Assembly (NCBI GenBank): GCA_001244265.2
Contig: CDLV01000004.1
Coordinates: 3,534,001-3,598,000, forward strand
Source of the DNA: Microbotryum violaceum
Taxonomy: Eukaryota
DNA length: 64,000 nt
Direction: 5' to 3'
The number at the start of each line of letters is the position of its first letter. Position 1 is the stretch's first letter. The notes under the pieces were generated by a model. That model saw only the letters and a program-made list of their open reading frames with translations. It was not told the DNA's origin and did no database searches. A program made the translations under genes and the position numbers. Positions 39,645 through 51,961 of this stretch are shown here, one piece after another.

Positions 39645-40686
39645 ACTTAGTCATGCTGCCCTGCGCTTTGCTTTTGAAAGATTGGCACATATACCAACGC
39701 AATGGTCACCCCACCAAACCGAGCCGTCGAGGATTTGCCAAGGGATCTATACTGCATGCTGCACAGTTTCTTGAGAAAACTTGTTCCGTATTCGTTGCAG
39801 AGCTTCCACGACGACCGCTTCGGATGTCGCGAGCTCGAGGTGGCAATGGGCAAGGTGTGAAGAGCAGGAGGAAGAAAGATGGAGAAGCCTGCGCCTCAGT
39901 TTGAACCGGACTAATAGAATGTTGTGGAAGGCCGCGGAACGTCGTGGAGTGAAGCCCCGTGACACGCTGGCGGGGCCCCTAACGGCGGCATTGGCGCACT
40001 GGCCGACGCTACCCGAGGTCTGGAACTGCTTCAAAGCGTGGAGGAACGAATCTCAAGCTTGGAGGTGAAGAACTGCGGGCCCGTTGCACTTGCCGTGCGA
40101 CATTAAGACTGCCCGCTGCCGGTGCAGTTGACTTGACAAACCAGTTTGCGCGACGTCGTGTTGATCGGTTTCGCGCTGCTGCTTCTGGCGAAGGCATCGT
40201 TGCCGCTGAGCTTCGGTGATTGTTCGAGGTTGCTGGTGACGGGGTCTGTGCGAATAGGGCGGGAGTTGGGAGGAGTCGGAATGTGCGGAGGAGGAACGCG
40301 AGCAGCTGCCGACGTCTCTGCTGCCCCGCTGCTCTCCGTGAAGATTGTTGTACAGCAGACGGGACGTGAAAGCTTGCAGATGACTCTTCGGCAGTGGCAG
40401 AACTGGATGGTTGAAGGGACTACACTCCGATGTGGCAAGCACGCAAAACCGGTCGTCTGGGAAGCAGAGAGTCATGTGCCAGGCTGCTTTGATGGGAAAT
40501 GAAACCTCGACGAAGGTAGGCGAAGCGGTCTCGCCGATGCTGAAACAGCGCTAGCTAACTGGGACGCGCTGGACCGAGAGCTGCCGATGACGTCAAACCA
40601 CGTGGTTTGTCTTTCGTTCTCTGACGTTCTTTGACGTTCTTTAGCCACACAGATTCATTTATATAGATAGAAGATAGTTTTAAGGA
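39645..40686 (-). mobile_element. Helitron derivative, 5' part, with an unidentified captured coding fragment and a PIF1 piece
   Basis: 39645-39730 on the minus strand encodes STARFGGVTIALV plus an intron homologous to 34735-34820. A Helitron-like 5' start (TC..TCTATCTATATAAATG) lies at ~40655-40686. Confidence 0.5.
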
Positions 40687-40688
40687 TA

Positions 40689-40720
40689 CTAGGTTCGGCG
40701 GCGCGCTTCCGCGCGCCACC
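40689..40720 (-). terminator. Helitron 3' terminus (GC hairpin + CTAG)
   Basis: Minus strand GGCGCGC-GGAA-GCGCGCC, 7 nt spacer, then CTAG|T. Confidence 0.7.
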
Positions 40721-40762
40721 TCACATTGAGAATCAGCAGTTCTGTTACTTTATTGCAGATGG

Positions 40763-42846
40763 CTACGGTTCTACGCTGCTTTCATCTATGCGCATTGATT
40801 TTGCCCTGATCTCCTGGAGGTGGACTGATTCGTCGTGATTTGGTAAAGGGGAGGGTCGGGCGGAAAATGTGCGGGACCGGAACGGAACGCTCTCGCTCAA
40901 GCCTTTCCCGTTGACGACGTCTTTGCTGACCTCGAGACCGCGCCGAGTCGAGGCCAGATGTCTCCATAGGACCGCGTGTTCCCGATCGATTATGTGCAGG
41001 TAGCTGGTGATGTTTCGCCTTCTCGACAATCCTTCCCGTCGCGTTCAATCGCTGATGTAAAGCACGAAATTCTGACAGTGCAGGACGCATATCTCGGAAT
41101 CGCCCTCTGACTGCCCGCGCGTGTCGAGCCAAACATTGAAGAAATGGTCGTTCTGGGACCAAGAACATTCGCGCAGCTGAAGAAGTTACATCCGGCGATC
41201 CAGTATAATGAGCGCGCGGTCTCAGATCTCTTCAACATCTTCAGTGCCGAATATGGACTCGGCATCAGCTGGGTCGATCGATTCAGGAAGGGTATCTAGA
41301 TGTTGGGATGGTTTGAAAGATGTCAGGGCGACATAAGAGGTGATATGGAGCACGCTGTATTGAAAACTTACCCGACATGTTAGTCCAAAGTGTTTGGAAA
41401 CTAGTGCTACGAGTCTTTTCGTCTTCGATCCAAGCCAAAGCTTGCCGCACCTCGGCGCCGATCCGCGCTTTCTGCTCACCGACTCGATCCTTGGCGCGCA
41501 CAGCTGTTACTCCTCGGAACGAGCAACCGTAGCCCGCTCACAGCCCTCTCCATCAGTCAACCCGAAGTTCGGAATGAGGCGGGGGCTGAACTCGACTTGG
41601 TAGGACCAGACATGGGCGTATGCATGGAAGACGCTCGTGGCGAACTCCAGTCGCTTGAAAAGCCTTAGCAGGAGCTGCCTCTGGTGACAAATGATTAGAA
41701 AGTAGGCACATTTGGTCTGTACCAACGAGACTAAGGAGGAAGGGACGCGTCGTGATCGAAGCACACCTTTTCAATATGGTGCTTAAAGTTACAAGCAATG
41801 TCTTATAAGACTCCGATCTTGGCGTGTTCAGGAAGGCGCTCTGAAATGTGCTTGAGGATGGCAAGCGCATAGTACAATCTGAGTGGTCGGAGGGGAATCT
41901 GCGCATTAGTACTGGGATTCGAGAGGAAAGCGGAAGCGACTAAGTCCCGCCAGACAGCTCCGCGCTTACTTTTCACCAGACCTCTCAAGATTGACCATTT
42001 TCAGGTTCACGTCATGACGGTATACGCAGGCAACGAGTCCGGTGTCGACTACTCGTGACGGGGTTGAGCCAGCTCCGTCGTCGGCAGCCTTCCACGACTC
42101 TGTGCACGCCTATGACGGTGGGTGGGTGTAGAGGTAAGCGATCCCATTAAGGCAAATGCAAAGAGCGGCATTACTCACCTTTTTGGTCGGCCGCACCGAA
42201 GCTTCAACCTCGGCCTTCATCGCCTAAACCTCTTCCTCACCCAAGAAAGTGTCCTGAACAATCTGGTCGTGGTTCGAGTTTTTCTCACGCGTTTGCTGAA
42301 AGTTGCCGTCGTATGCAAGCACGCAATCCAATGTGACGTCGTGACAAGGTTGATTAAGTCACGTTGGCCCGAAGCACGCGGGACACTTGTTGGAACGAAT
42401 CGACGGTGCCTGCGAGAAGGTCCCCGCTGTCCTCCTCGCATGTTTCGAGAGCGCGGTACTCGTCGATCGCGTTGCTTCCGAAGGTCTTTGTCCTGTATGC
42501 GCGGAAGGCAGGCTTTAAGCATGTGCCCATGAGACGATGGCGGCGTCCAAACTCACCCAAGAATGTCCCGTATAGTGACCCCGACCCCACCCACAACGGG
42601 AGTAATATACTCTTTGAGGCCGTCCGCATAGCCGGTGATGGCGCGGGGGCTGACCTTCCAGCTCGCGTGGGCCTGCTCGACCAGTCGAAATGAGAAGGTG
42701 GTCATCGGCATTGAAGCGGTCGAAGAGATGAACCCTAGTTGGGTCAAGCGTTCAACATCCGTAGCACACCGCGACTCGGAGGCACAGAAGGTGACCTGCA
42801 ATTTGTAGACCGACGGTTTGGACTTGTATCTTCTCTTCGGCGGCAT
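40763..42846 (-). pseudogene. KDZ (Kyakuja-Dileera-Zisupton) transposase pseudogene with a CxC-type N-terminal domain
   Basis: CPACFG..YDGNFQQTR, GLVACVYRHD..N..SGEK, LYDIACNF, FHAYAH..SPRLIPNFGLTDGEGCER. In-frame stops are present. Confidence 0.85.
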
Positions 42847-43026
42847 GGCGATGCCGAGTCAAGTGCATGAGCAAGAGGACGAACGCGAGCCGTGGGGCTT
42901 GTACAGTCGATGGCGACGCTACAAGGAGCTGTAGCGAAAGCAACGAGGTGAGGCGGCGAGTCAAGTGGAAGGTCCCTCGCGTGTTGCGCTAGGCCTCGGC
43001 GCGCGTGGCCGACTGCCGACTGCCGC

Positions 43027-44403
43027 AGGACCCATGAAAGCCCAGCCAGAGGCGCGTAGGTAAAATCCGGGAAGATCGCCGATTTTGGACCTCATTTGTC
43101 CACCATTTTTTGGGATTTTCGCCCAAAAAAGTCCCCAAAATGTCCAGTCCATCTACGCGCCTCAAAAAATAGCTCCAGATTCGTTTCAAAATGCTCTAAA
43201 ACATCTTCAAAAATCACGAAAACGCCGTCCGGACGTTTTTCGCTCGGGCCGAATCGCCGGAGCCGGCGCGCGCTCTTCAGCCGTGTCGGTTCTGCTTCGC
43301 CGAGGGCTCCTCACCTGCACTTACTGCCTGCCTCTTTGCCTAACGCGGCCATAGTATACATGTAACGTACCACGAGAGGTTAGATCGATTGCAGTCACTC
43401 TGCGAAGCAGTAAGCTAGCTACAGTGAGATCTACGAGCCCCCAGGTTCATTGAGGGGGTAATTATTCCTCAACGAGCAGTGACGGCATCACCTCCAGAGC
43501 TCTAACGAAGGGACGTTGATCTTCGATGCCGACACGCGAATGACTACACCAACTCTTGGCTACTGAGAACAACTGAACGCATGCGCTCAGCGTGATCTAT
43601 ACGCCGCCAGATTCGACGTCGAAAGGCAGCCGATAATGATAGACTGGTGGCCTTGCCTACGTGCCGCAAGGATTGCTCCACGATCTTCAACTTGTCCCTC
43701 AAAGCATCGAGCGGCCTAGCAAGGGATTCAAACTCGAGAGGCTCGTCTGTCGACCATGAAAGCTGTTTAAGCTGAATCCGGGTGCATTGGCTGGTTTGTC
43801 AAAGCTGGAGGCAAAAAGCTCAGACACCCTCACGTCCAAGAGGGGTGCCATTCGCTCAAAATCATCGTCTGAAAGAGATCGATATCCGGACCTCTACGTT
43901 TCGTCAAAGCAAGCCGAGCCGAGAATGTAGGATATTGGCGATGATGGCACAGACGACGTCGACGCGACGTGGCGGGGAAGGCAAGAGACGCGCGCACTCG
44001 AACGTTCGAACGCCTCGCTCAACCAGCCAAGAGGTCATTTTTCATGAAAGCGGACGGTTAAAAGCAAGTCGATCAGAATGATCGTAGATTTGTAAGAATA
44101 AATGTTGGAAGTGCAAAATAACCATCAATTAGAGCCGTTGTTGTGAATTCGGTACAGCCCGGAATGTTTCGCGTGCGCTCCCGCGGCTCTTGAGGGTCGG
44201 CAAACTTTGGCTTTCCAAGCCGAACGTGGCCGAAATGGGTCCCGATTTGTTCACTGAAACCTACGAGCCTAGGACCCCACCCACACCGGCGCACCATGAT
44301 TTGTCCACCCCCGACTACGCCCCCTGGCGATTTTGGCCCATCTGAGGCCCAAAATTTGTCCAGTCGGGCGCTACGCGCCTCCGGCTGGGCTTTCGGGGGT
44401 CCT
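43027..44403. repeat. ~33-bp inverted repeats bounding 1.38 kb; probable non-autonomous TIR element
   Basis: AGGACCCATGAAAGCCCAGCCAGAGGCGCGTAG versus reverse complement AGGACCCCCGAAAGCCCAGCCGGAGGCGCGTAG, with shared GATTTTGG/TTTGTCCA subterminal motifs. No TSD found. Confidence 0.6.
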
Positions 44404-44510
44404 TACTCAGCGCTACTCAGCTACAGGCCACCAGCCGCACTTCTGGCTCCCATCTTGCCTTCGTCCCTCTCCCACCCCACCCCACCGCTCACCACATCAA
44501 TCCGTCCAAC

Positions 44511-44618
44511 ATGGGTGTCCCCGCTCTTTTTCGATGGCTGTCGAAAAAGTATCCCAAAATCGTGTTACCCGTACGTTCCCATCGTGCCCAAGTAACGGCC
44601 TCAGCTCTAGTGGGCCTC

Positions 44619-44677
<59 letters not shown>

Positions 44678-47600
44678 GCTGACTTGTGAACCGGCTCTCA
44701 TGCGCAGGTAATCGAGGATACACCTGTCAGTGTGCCTGGTCCGGATGGCCAGATGGAGGAGTTGGTGAGTGTGAGAATGAACGAGTGGGTGTGCTACAAC
44801 CGTTGACGACGGGCGGCGGCGCAGTCGCTCACCTCGGCCCGTCCGTCGATCGCTTCCGCCTAACCACTGCCATGACACTTTCCTACAGCCCATCGATACT
44901 TCGGGCGCGAATCCGAACGGGGAAGAGTTTGACAACCTGTACCTCGACATGAACGGCATCGTACATCCGTGTACGCACCCCGACGGCAAGGTCAGTCGAT
45001 CGAGATACCCCCTCTCGTAATCGGTGCTTGAATCACAACTGACAGTCCCTCCTCACCAGCCCGCCCCTAAAACGGAACAAGACATGATGCACGAGGTGTT
45101 CCTCTACACCGAACGCGTCGTCGCTATGGTCCGACCGCGCAAGTTGCTCATGATGGCCATCGACGGCGTCGCCCCGCGCGCCAAGATGAACCAACAGCGA
45201 TCCCGACGCTTCCGATCCGCCGCCGAGGCGAAAGTGAAAGAGGAGGAGAGGATCAAAGCTATTGAGGAGTGGGAGGCGATGGGCAAGGAGGTTAGTGACG
45301 AGATGAGGGGCGAGAAGGGTTGGGACTCGAATGCCATCACGCCTGGCACGCCGTTTATGGACCTGTTGGCCAAAAGTTTGAGGTATTGGGTCGCCAAAAA
45401 GCTCAACGAGGATCCAGGCTGGGCAGGGGTCAGTACATGCACATTTTGAATAGGTTGAACAGTAGGACACTGACCCTCACGTAACATATCACAGCTCCAA
45501 GTCATCATCTCGGACGCCTCGGTCCCGGGAGAAGGCGAGCACAAGATCATGGACTTTATCCGTCGCCAACGCAGCCACTCTTCGCATGACCCCAATACCA
45601 AGCATGTCATCTACGGCCTCGACGCCGATCTCATCATGCTCTCCCTCGCGACGCACGAGCCCTACTTCCGCGTCCTACGTGAAGACGTTTTTGCGCAAGA
45701 CTCGAAAAAGCCTCGAGGGTGTCACACCTGCGGTCAACCGGGCCACCACTCGTCGCAATGTACGGGCAAACCCAAAGATCCACCCTTGGAAGGTAGAGCG
45801 GACCAGCTCGTCAAACCCTCTCCCCTGAAACCGTTCATTTTCCTCGACGTCTCGATCCTTCGCGAATACCTCGCCGTCGAACTTTCCGCGCCCGTGCATT
45901 CCTTTCCCTTTGATTTGGAACGCGCAATCGACGATTGGGTCTTTTTGATCTTTTTCGTCGGTAACGACTTTTTGCCCCATTTACCTTCATTGGAGATTAG
46001 GGAAGGCGCGATCGATACGCTCATGACGATTTGGAAGAACTCGCTCGAATCGATGGGTGGGTATTTGGCTCAACATGGGAAAGTCAATCTCGAACGAGCG
46101 CAACTCATCCTCGAACAACTCGCGTCGAGGGAGGATGAAATCTTTCGCAAGCGTCGGGAGGCAGAGGAACGACAAGACCGGAATGTAAAGCAGAGGAAAT
46201 TGGAGAACGATCAGAGGAATCATGGCAAGGGAGGACAGGCGAGTGGTCAAGTCGGCGTCAATTGGCAAATGCAAAGGGAGCAGGATCAAATGAAAAGCAT
46301 GAGTCAAGCGGCTTTATCGAATGGTTTGTCCGAAAATGGGCAACATAAAGCTCTATCTTCGAATGGCGGACTACCCTCTAAACCGACGTGGGTTGATCCG
46401 GGTTCGCTTCCCGCTCCATCGAAAGGGGACGTCGCCTCCATGGTCGGTAGCAACGCGAGTATCGTCGCGAATCGAAAAGCGATCCGGATGGCAAACCTTT
46501 CGGCGAGGGACATGATCAAGGCTGAGATGCAGGCGAGCAATGGAGGGACGGAGGAGGCGCAGAAGGAGAGGAGCGGTTCGCCGACGGCGTCGAAGAAGAA
46601 TTTGAGTGCGGCGGAGTTGTTGAAGAAGCAGATGATGGGTGGCGATGAGGAAGAGGCGGCGGAGCAGGAGGAGGAGGCTGAGAAGGCGGATGAGGAGAAT
46701 GTCGAGATGGCTGCAACCGAGCCCGAAGTCGTAGACGAAAAGAAGGACGAGGCGCCCCAGGTCGACGGGGAGGCATTCGCCATCGACGGCGACGTCGACG
46801 CGAGCGAGACATCGCCTCGAGGAACGAAACGCAAGGTCGAGGACGTTGAGCCCGAATCGGCTGAAGTGACCGAACTTGAAGACGACGACGACGAAAGCTC
46901 CGAAGACACCTCGATCGTTGTCCCCGGCGGCGTGCACAAGGTCAAAGTCGCTCCTCTCAAACACATGGGGAACAATGTCGTCGAACAGGACGACATGGTC
47001 AAGCTCTGGGAGCCGGGATACAAGGAACGCTACTACCGCCAGAAATTCGGCGTCGAACTGTCCGACCTCGAGTTCAGGAAATCGATCGTCAAGTCCTACG
47101 TTGAGGGTTTGTGCTGGGTTCTCGAGTACTATTACCAGGGCACGCCGTCGTGGCAATGGTACTACCCGCATCACTTCTCGCCGTTCGCGAGCGACTTTGT
47201 CGATATGAAGGACCTCAATATCAATTTCACGTTGGGGCAGCCGTTCAGGCCTTATGAGCAATTGATGGGTGTCTTCCCCGCCGCCAGGTGAGTAGTGCTC
47301 GATTTCACTGCGACGCTGAGCAAAGCACTAATGCATCTTCGTCACTTTTCTCAGTCGTTTCCATCTCCCCGAGCCTTTCCAACCGTTGATGACCGAGTCC
47401 GACTCACCCATCATCGACTTCTACCCCGAAGAATTCGAAGTCGACATGAACGGTAAAAAGATGCTCTGGCAAGGTGTCGCTCTACTTCCCTTCATCGACC
47501 CCGACCGACTCTTGACGGCGATGGGCAATAAGTATCCCCTTTTGAGCGATTTCGAAAATCACCGCAATCAAATGGGTCATGATTCGCTCTTCGTGATGCA

Positions 47601-48615
47601 GGAACATCCCTTGTACGACTACCTCGAAGGGCTGTACACCAAACGAAGGATTCAAGAACCTGTCGCATTGGATACGAAACGATCCAAAGGCCTGGCCGGA
47701 CTCGTCCTCCCCGAATTAACTTGCATCCCAGGAGCCATATACGATTCCCCCCTGCCTTCCCTCCCGGATATTCAATCTGATCGATCGATCTCGGCGGAAT
47801 ACAAATTTCCTGAACAAAAGACACCGCACAGGAGCATACTCCTCCCCGGCGTCAAAGTCGCGAGACCGGTGTTGAGCCAACATGATCGGGATGGCGTGAG
47901 GAGAGGTGGGGGTGAACAGAGATATGAGGGGAATAATGGGTTCCATGCACAGAGGCGAAGCGAGCAGACGGGACCGGGGTTCCTTAAGCGGGATCAGGGG
48001 CAGAGAGGTCAGCAGGGATATCAGCAGGGTGGGTACCAGCAAGGTGGTGGAGGAGGTGGTGGGTATCAACAACAGCAAAGACCAGGCGGGTACCAGCGTC
48101 AACCTCAGCAAGGTGAGATGCTTCGATTGCATTGAAGTTTGTCAGGTTCGGGGATTGATCGTGTCAACCTTTTCCATTCCCTTCCAGGCGGTTATGGAGG
48201 CTACGACGGTGCGCAAGGTTACTACGCGCAACAACCCGTCGCAGCAGGCTATGGCGGCTACCAACACCCCGTCGTTCAAGCCGGCTACGGAGGCTATCAA
48301 CCCCCACCCCAGGCCGGCGGAGTCTACGGTGGTCGGGGTGGAGCACCTCCAGCACCCGCGGGCTACTACCCTCCACTCCCTATCGCTCGTTCCCAAACGA
48401 CCTACGCCGCACTTCCACCCGGGATGGGCAGCGCCTACGGTGGTGCACGACCTGTTCCCACCGTGGGCTACCAAGGCTATCAACCTCTTACTCATGGTCG
48501 AGGACCACCGGGTGCTCCCCCCGCTGCGGCAGCTTATGGTGGTTATGGAGCCAGTGCACCACCGACCCCTAGTGCGGCGAGTGGGTGGCGACCTGGTCAA
48601 CCCCCGAGGAGATAA
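44511..48615 (+). CDS. XRN2: 5'-3' exoribonuclease 2 (Xrn2/Rat1/Dhp1), multi-exon
   Basis: [80 protein letters not shown] knuckle, [14 protein letters not shown]-rich tail. Introns are canonical. Confidence 0.97.
44621..44676. repeat. (AACATCG)x8 perfect tandem repeat in XRN2 intron 1
   Basis: Read directly from the sequence. Confidence 0.95.
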
Positions 48616-48829
48616 ATAATTATTCACGTTCGAAAGTTTTACATGTTTCATTTTTCTGTGATGAAGATGTCCTTTTTCGTTGTACGTTGGTAGACTTTTC
48701 TTTGTCTCTCTTTAGAGGCAAGACTGAAAATACCACAATTCGTGTATATTGCGCATAGAACAGAGGCGAGAGAAAGATACAAATACAGAGCGAGAGAGAG
48801 AGCAGTCTACAAGGATTTAGGAAGACAAA

Positions 48830-50371
48830 TTAATTAGGTGAAGCCGAAGCGAGTCCGGTGTCCGAAGGGGCGGTTAGAACTCCAAACTCGGAGATATGTC
48901 CGAAGACAGAATCAGCGTCCATGTCCATCTCGACGTCCGGCGTCGATAGTGGGGGCGACCCGAAAGACGAAGGCGATTCGGCAAACGTGGCTTGACGAGC
49001 AGTCAGGAGTCCACATGTTAGAGGGCTGGCATCCTCGGCACTCATCGGTGGTTGGAACGTAGAATCGTCGAGGTAAGAGTCCGCGGACGAAGAAGAAGAA
49101 GAGAAAGACGAGCCGAAGGCGTTCCAGATCGAGTTGTCGGGCGAGTAGTCGAAGTGCTCAATCGCTTCGGTCGGAGGAAGCTCGAACGAGAATTGCATGT
49201 CGCTTGCGGGCGGAAGGGGTAGACCGTAGTAGCTCTCGGGTGCGTCTTGGCTCCACTTTGAATCGAGAGAGTTGACGGAGAAGTCTGATGAGTCAATTTG
49301 GTAATGAAGGCCCGAAATGTCGCTGTCCTGGGATGCGATCAGCGTGCGGTTGAAGATAGGGCCAAAGTCGGTCAGGGGCTCGACGATCGGCGATGTTGTC
49401 GGGAGTGGTACAGCGGAAAGGTACTGGCGTGACCCCGGCAAGTTGACGGTTGATCTCGTCGTATGGTTCGGCAAAACCAACAGTGAAGGTGCCACCGGTT
49501 CGGAAAATGTTGAAGTATGCTCCGCATATTGTTCTTTGAGTGACAGCTGTGACTTCGCGTCATCGATAGGGCCGGTTGGTCGTCGAGTCCTTCGCTGGCG
49601 TTGGTTCGCAAACTAACATTAAAATCTGTCAATATCGGTCCCGGAGCGATTGGAGCACTGCAACGGACTCACCCAAGTTGCCACCTGCTTTTCTCTCAAA
49701 CCCGTTCGTTTGGCCAGAGCGACTCGTTCACCCTTCGTTAGGCGTTCAAATTGATTGAACGCGGTGAACAATACTCGAGTGATATGCTCGTCAAAGACTC
49801 CTGCCACGGACACAGCTTCAACGTCTACAACGCCTGTTCTCGTTGAAGCGCTCCCCAGTGGAGACGTCTCGGACCAGCGGGTCCGCGGGATCATAATGCT
49901 TCGGGCTTGCTGGGCGGCGTCTCGCATTCGTTCAAGCAAGAGCAAACGAAGCTTCTGTAGTTCGTTCGATAATTCTTTTGTGAACCTTGTACGTGTTGCG
50001 GATTCCATGCGTTCGAAGATTGTGTGATCATCCTCGGTAACGGCGGTGGCGAGGCCACGCATTGTCGCTTCGAAGGCACCGGCGCAGGACGATATGATCT
50101 CTGCCGCGCTAGAGCCATACTCGGAAAGAACGTATTGCTGGATTTGGTCCGAGCATCCAATGTCCTTCAGCTCTTTACGGAAAGCAGCATCGTCGGCGTT
50201 GTCTACCTGGAAGGGCTCCCACGGCGGGTGACTCCACAAAGCGACGTGAGGCCCAAGGCCCGGGTCCGAGTTTGGGCCAGAGGGATCCAAGGGCGGCGAG
50301 TCATCGGTGGCTGCGAGACGGTCCAGCAACATTGCAGCTGAGTAGGCTATGTCGGGCCAAATGGAGTCCAT
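48830..50371 (-). CDS. HD2: HD2-class homeodomain mating-type protein (bW-like), ~493 aa; exons 50371-49673 and 49612-48830
   Basis: LFTAFNQFERLTKGERVALAKRTGLREKQVATW|FANQRQR after removing a 60-bp GT-AG intron (49613-49672). Divergent from HD1. Confidence 0.9.
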
Positions 50372-50620
50372 CTCTTGAAGGTGATAGGGTAAGACAACGG
50401 AGGGTGTAGGATGCAGAGCGCGAGTACTGAGCGATCAGTGGAGATTACAGGCCGGCTTAGATCTTGAGCAGCGGTCATCTTCGATTGCCAAAGAGAGAGC
50501 GTGCACTGGCCCCCTTTCTGCCCTTTGTTTGGATTTGGGAAACGTCGCCACAGCGCTGCTTCAACCATACCCACAGGGCTTTGATCAGCTATCTACAGCC
50601 TCAGAATTAACTTCAGCGAC
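50372..50620. promoter_or_regulatory. Bidirectional HD1/HD2 promoter region (249 bp)
   Basis: Short interval between the divergent start codons. Confidence 0.6.
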
Positions 50621-51961
50621 ATGGACTATAAAATACTCCGAGACGTTGAGGACGATTTCAACAAAGCAGTGTCGTCCGGACAGAACGCCGAGCTCATTCT
50701 CGAGCGGATGGGACCTGCGCTCAAGCACATAAAATCAGCGATGAATGGAGCACCCACAGCGTCCGACGCAGCCATCGTACATGGTGTTCTGAACAGGATA
50801 AAGGCCACTTCAGATGGGATTGGCCGGTTCGAAGCGGCCTCGGCACTGCTCGTTTCCGACAGCAGGAAGCAATTGCGCCAGTCGCTCGCTGCCTATGGGG
50901 CAACCGCTTTCAAGTCTGCGGTGCTCTCAACAGACCGAGCGACGACGGATGCCTCAACGAGTGGCAGGAACTCTGAAGCGTTGAGTGAATATGAACTTAC
51001 TCTACCCTATCGCATGTGGTTTCTCAACAACTTCGCCTGGCCTTACCCCGAATCCTCCGAACGAGTGCGCCTCCTCGCACAAGTCCGTTCGCACGGTCGC
51101 GCTCAGCTATCCAACTGGTTCGTCAATTCGCGCCGCCGTTCCGGGTGGTCTCGTTTCGCCAAGAAGTACACCGATGGCGATCGGGACGCATTAGCAGCAT
51201 TTTTGTGCAAGATCGAAAGTGGCAACGCAACCGAGGAGGAGGTCGAAGACGTCGAGAAATGCAAGGCCCACTTCATGGACAAGGGCAACATGCTCGTGCG
51301 GGATGGGATCGAAGAGGTCTTGACGGCCGCGTCCATGGGGGCTTTGACCGATGGGTGTGTGCCACCATCAAAAATGGCTCTTAGTCGAATCTTTCCCATC
51401 AAGAGCGAGGATCCGCGAAAGCCCGTTTTGTCCAAGAAGCGTGGCCGGATCGAAGATGTCGAAGATCCGCCGTCCAGCCCTTGCTCGAAGCGGTCGACCT
51501 CGGGTTCATGGACCGACTCTTCCGGCGTGCTTTCTAACGACACCGGAGAGACTTCGGTAGGCTCCAATTCCGACTTAACGACACCTCGACGCAAGAGTGC
51601 ACGAGTGCCACGATCGCCCGCCGCCAAACCGCTTCGACCCACCACAAAGCCCGCGCCTTCCACGCCGGCCCATCAAGCTCCTGTTACCCTCAGTCGCCTA
51701 CCGCAGACGCCTCACCTCCGAAGCTTCTCATCACCGCTTTCAAGTCCTACGGTGGGTCGTTTTACAAGGTCAGGGTCCACCTACCGCGCTGTCTCGTCCT
51801 CTTTCACCATCGAACAACCGAACCTCGCTGGCGAGCTCGCGCTACCCCCACCCCCTTTCCAAATCACGTCGAACGAGCACTTTGTGACGCTGGCGACGAC
51901 CAAAACTTGGAGCAACCTGGACCCATGGCTCAACTTTGTGGTGGATTTGAATGCAATCTGA
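50621..51961 (+). CDS. HD1: HD1-class homeodomain mating-type protein (bE-like), 446 aa
   Basis: Atypical (TALE-like) homeodomain WFLNNFAWPYP...QLSNWFVNSRRRSGW, basic NLS-like KKRGR and an S/P-rich C-terminus. Confidence 0.92.
   Translation: MDYKILRDVEDDFNKAVSSGQNAELILERMGPALKHIKSAMNGAPTASDAAIVHGVLNRIKATSDGIGRFEAASALLVSDSRKQLRQSLAAYGATAFKSAVLSTDRATTDASTSGRNSEALSEYELTLPYRMWFLNNFAWPYPESSERVRLLAQVRSHGRAQLSNWFVNSRRRSGWSRFAKKYTDGDRDALAAFLCKIESGNATEEEVEDVEKCKAHFMDKGNMLVRDGIEEVLTAASMGALTDGCVPPSKMALSRIFPIKSEDPRKPVLSKKRGRIEDVEDPPSSPCSKRSTSGSWTDSSGVLSNDTGETSVGSNSDLTTPRRKSARVPRSPAAKPLRPTTKPAPSTPAHQAPVTLSRLPQTPHLRSFSSPLSSPTVGRFTRSGSTYRAVSSSFTIEQPNLAGELALPPPPFQITSNEHFVTLATTKTWSNLDPWLNFVVDLNAI

Noticed and set aside
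46304-47261. Long antisense ORFs (239 and 296 aa)
   Set aside because: Shadows of codon-biased XRN2 coding sequence.
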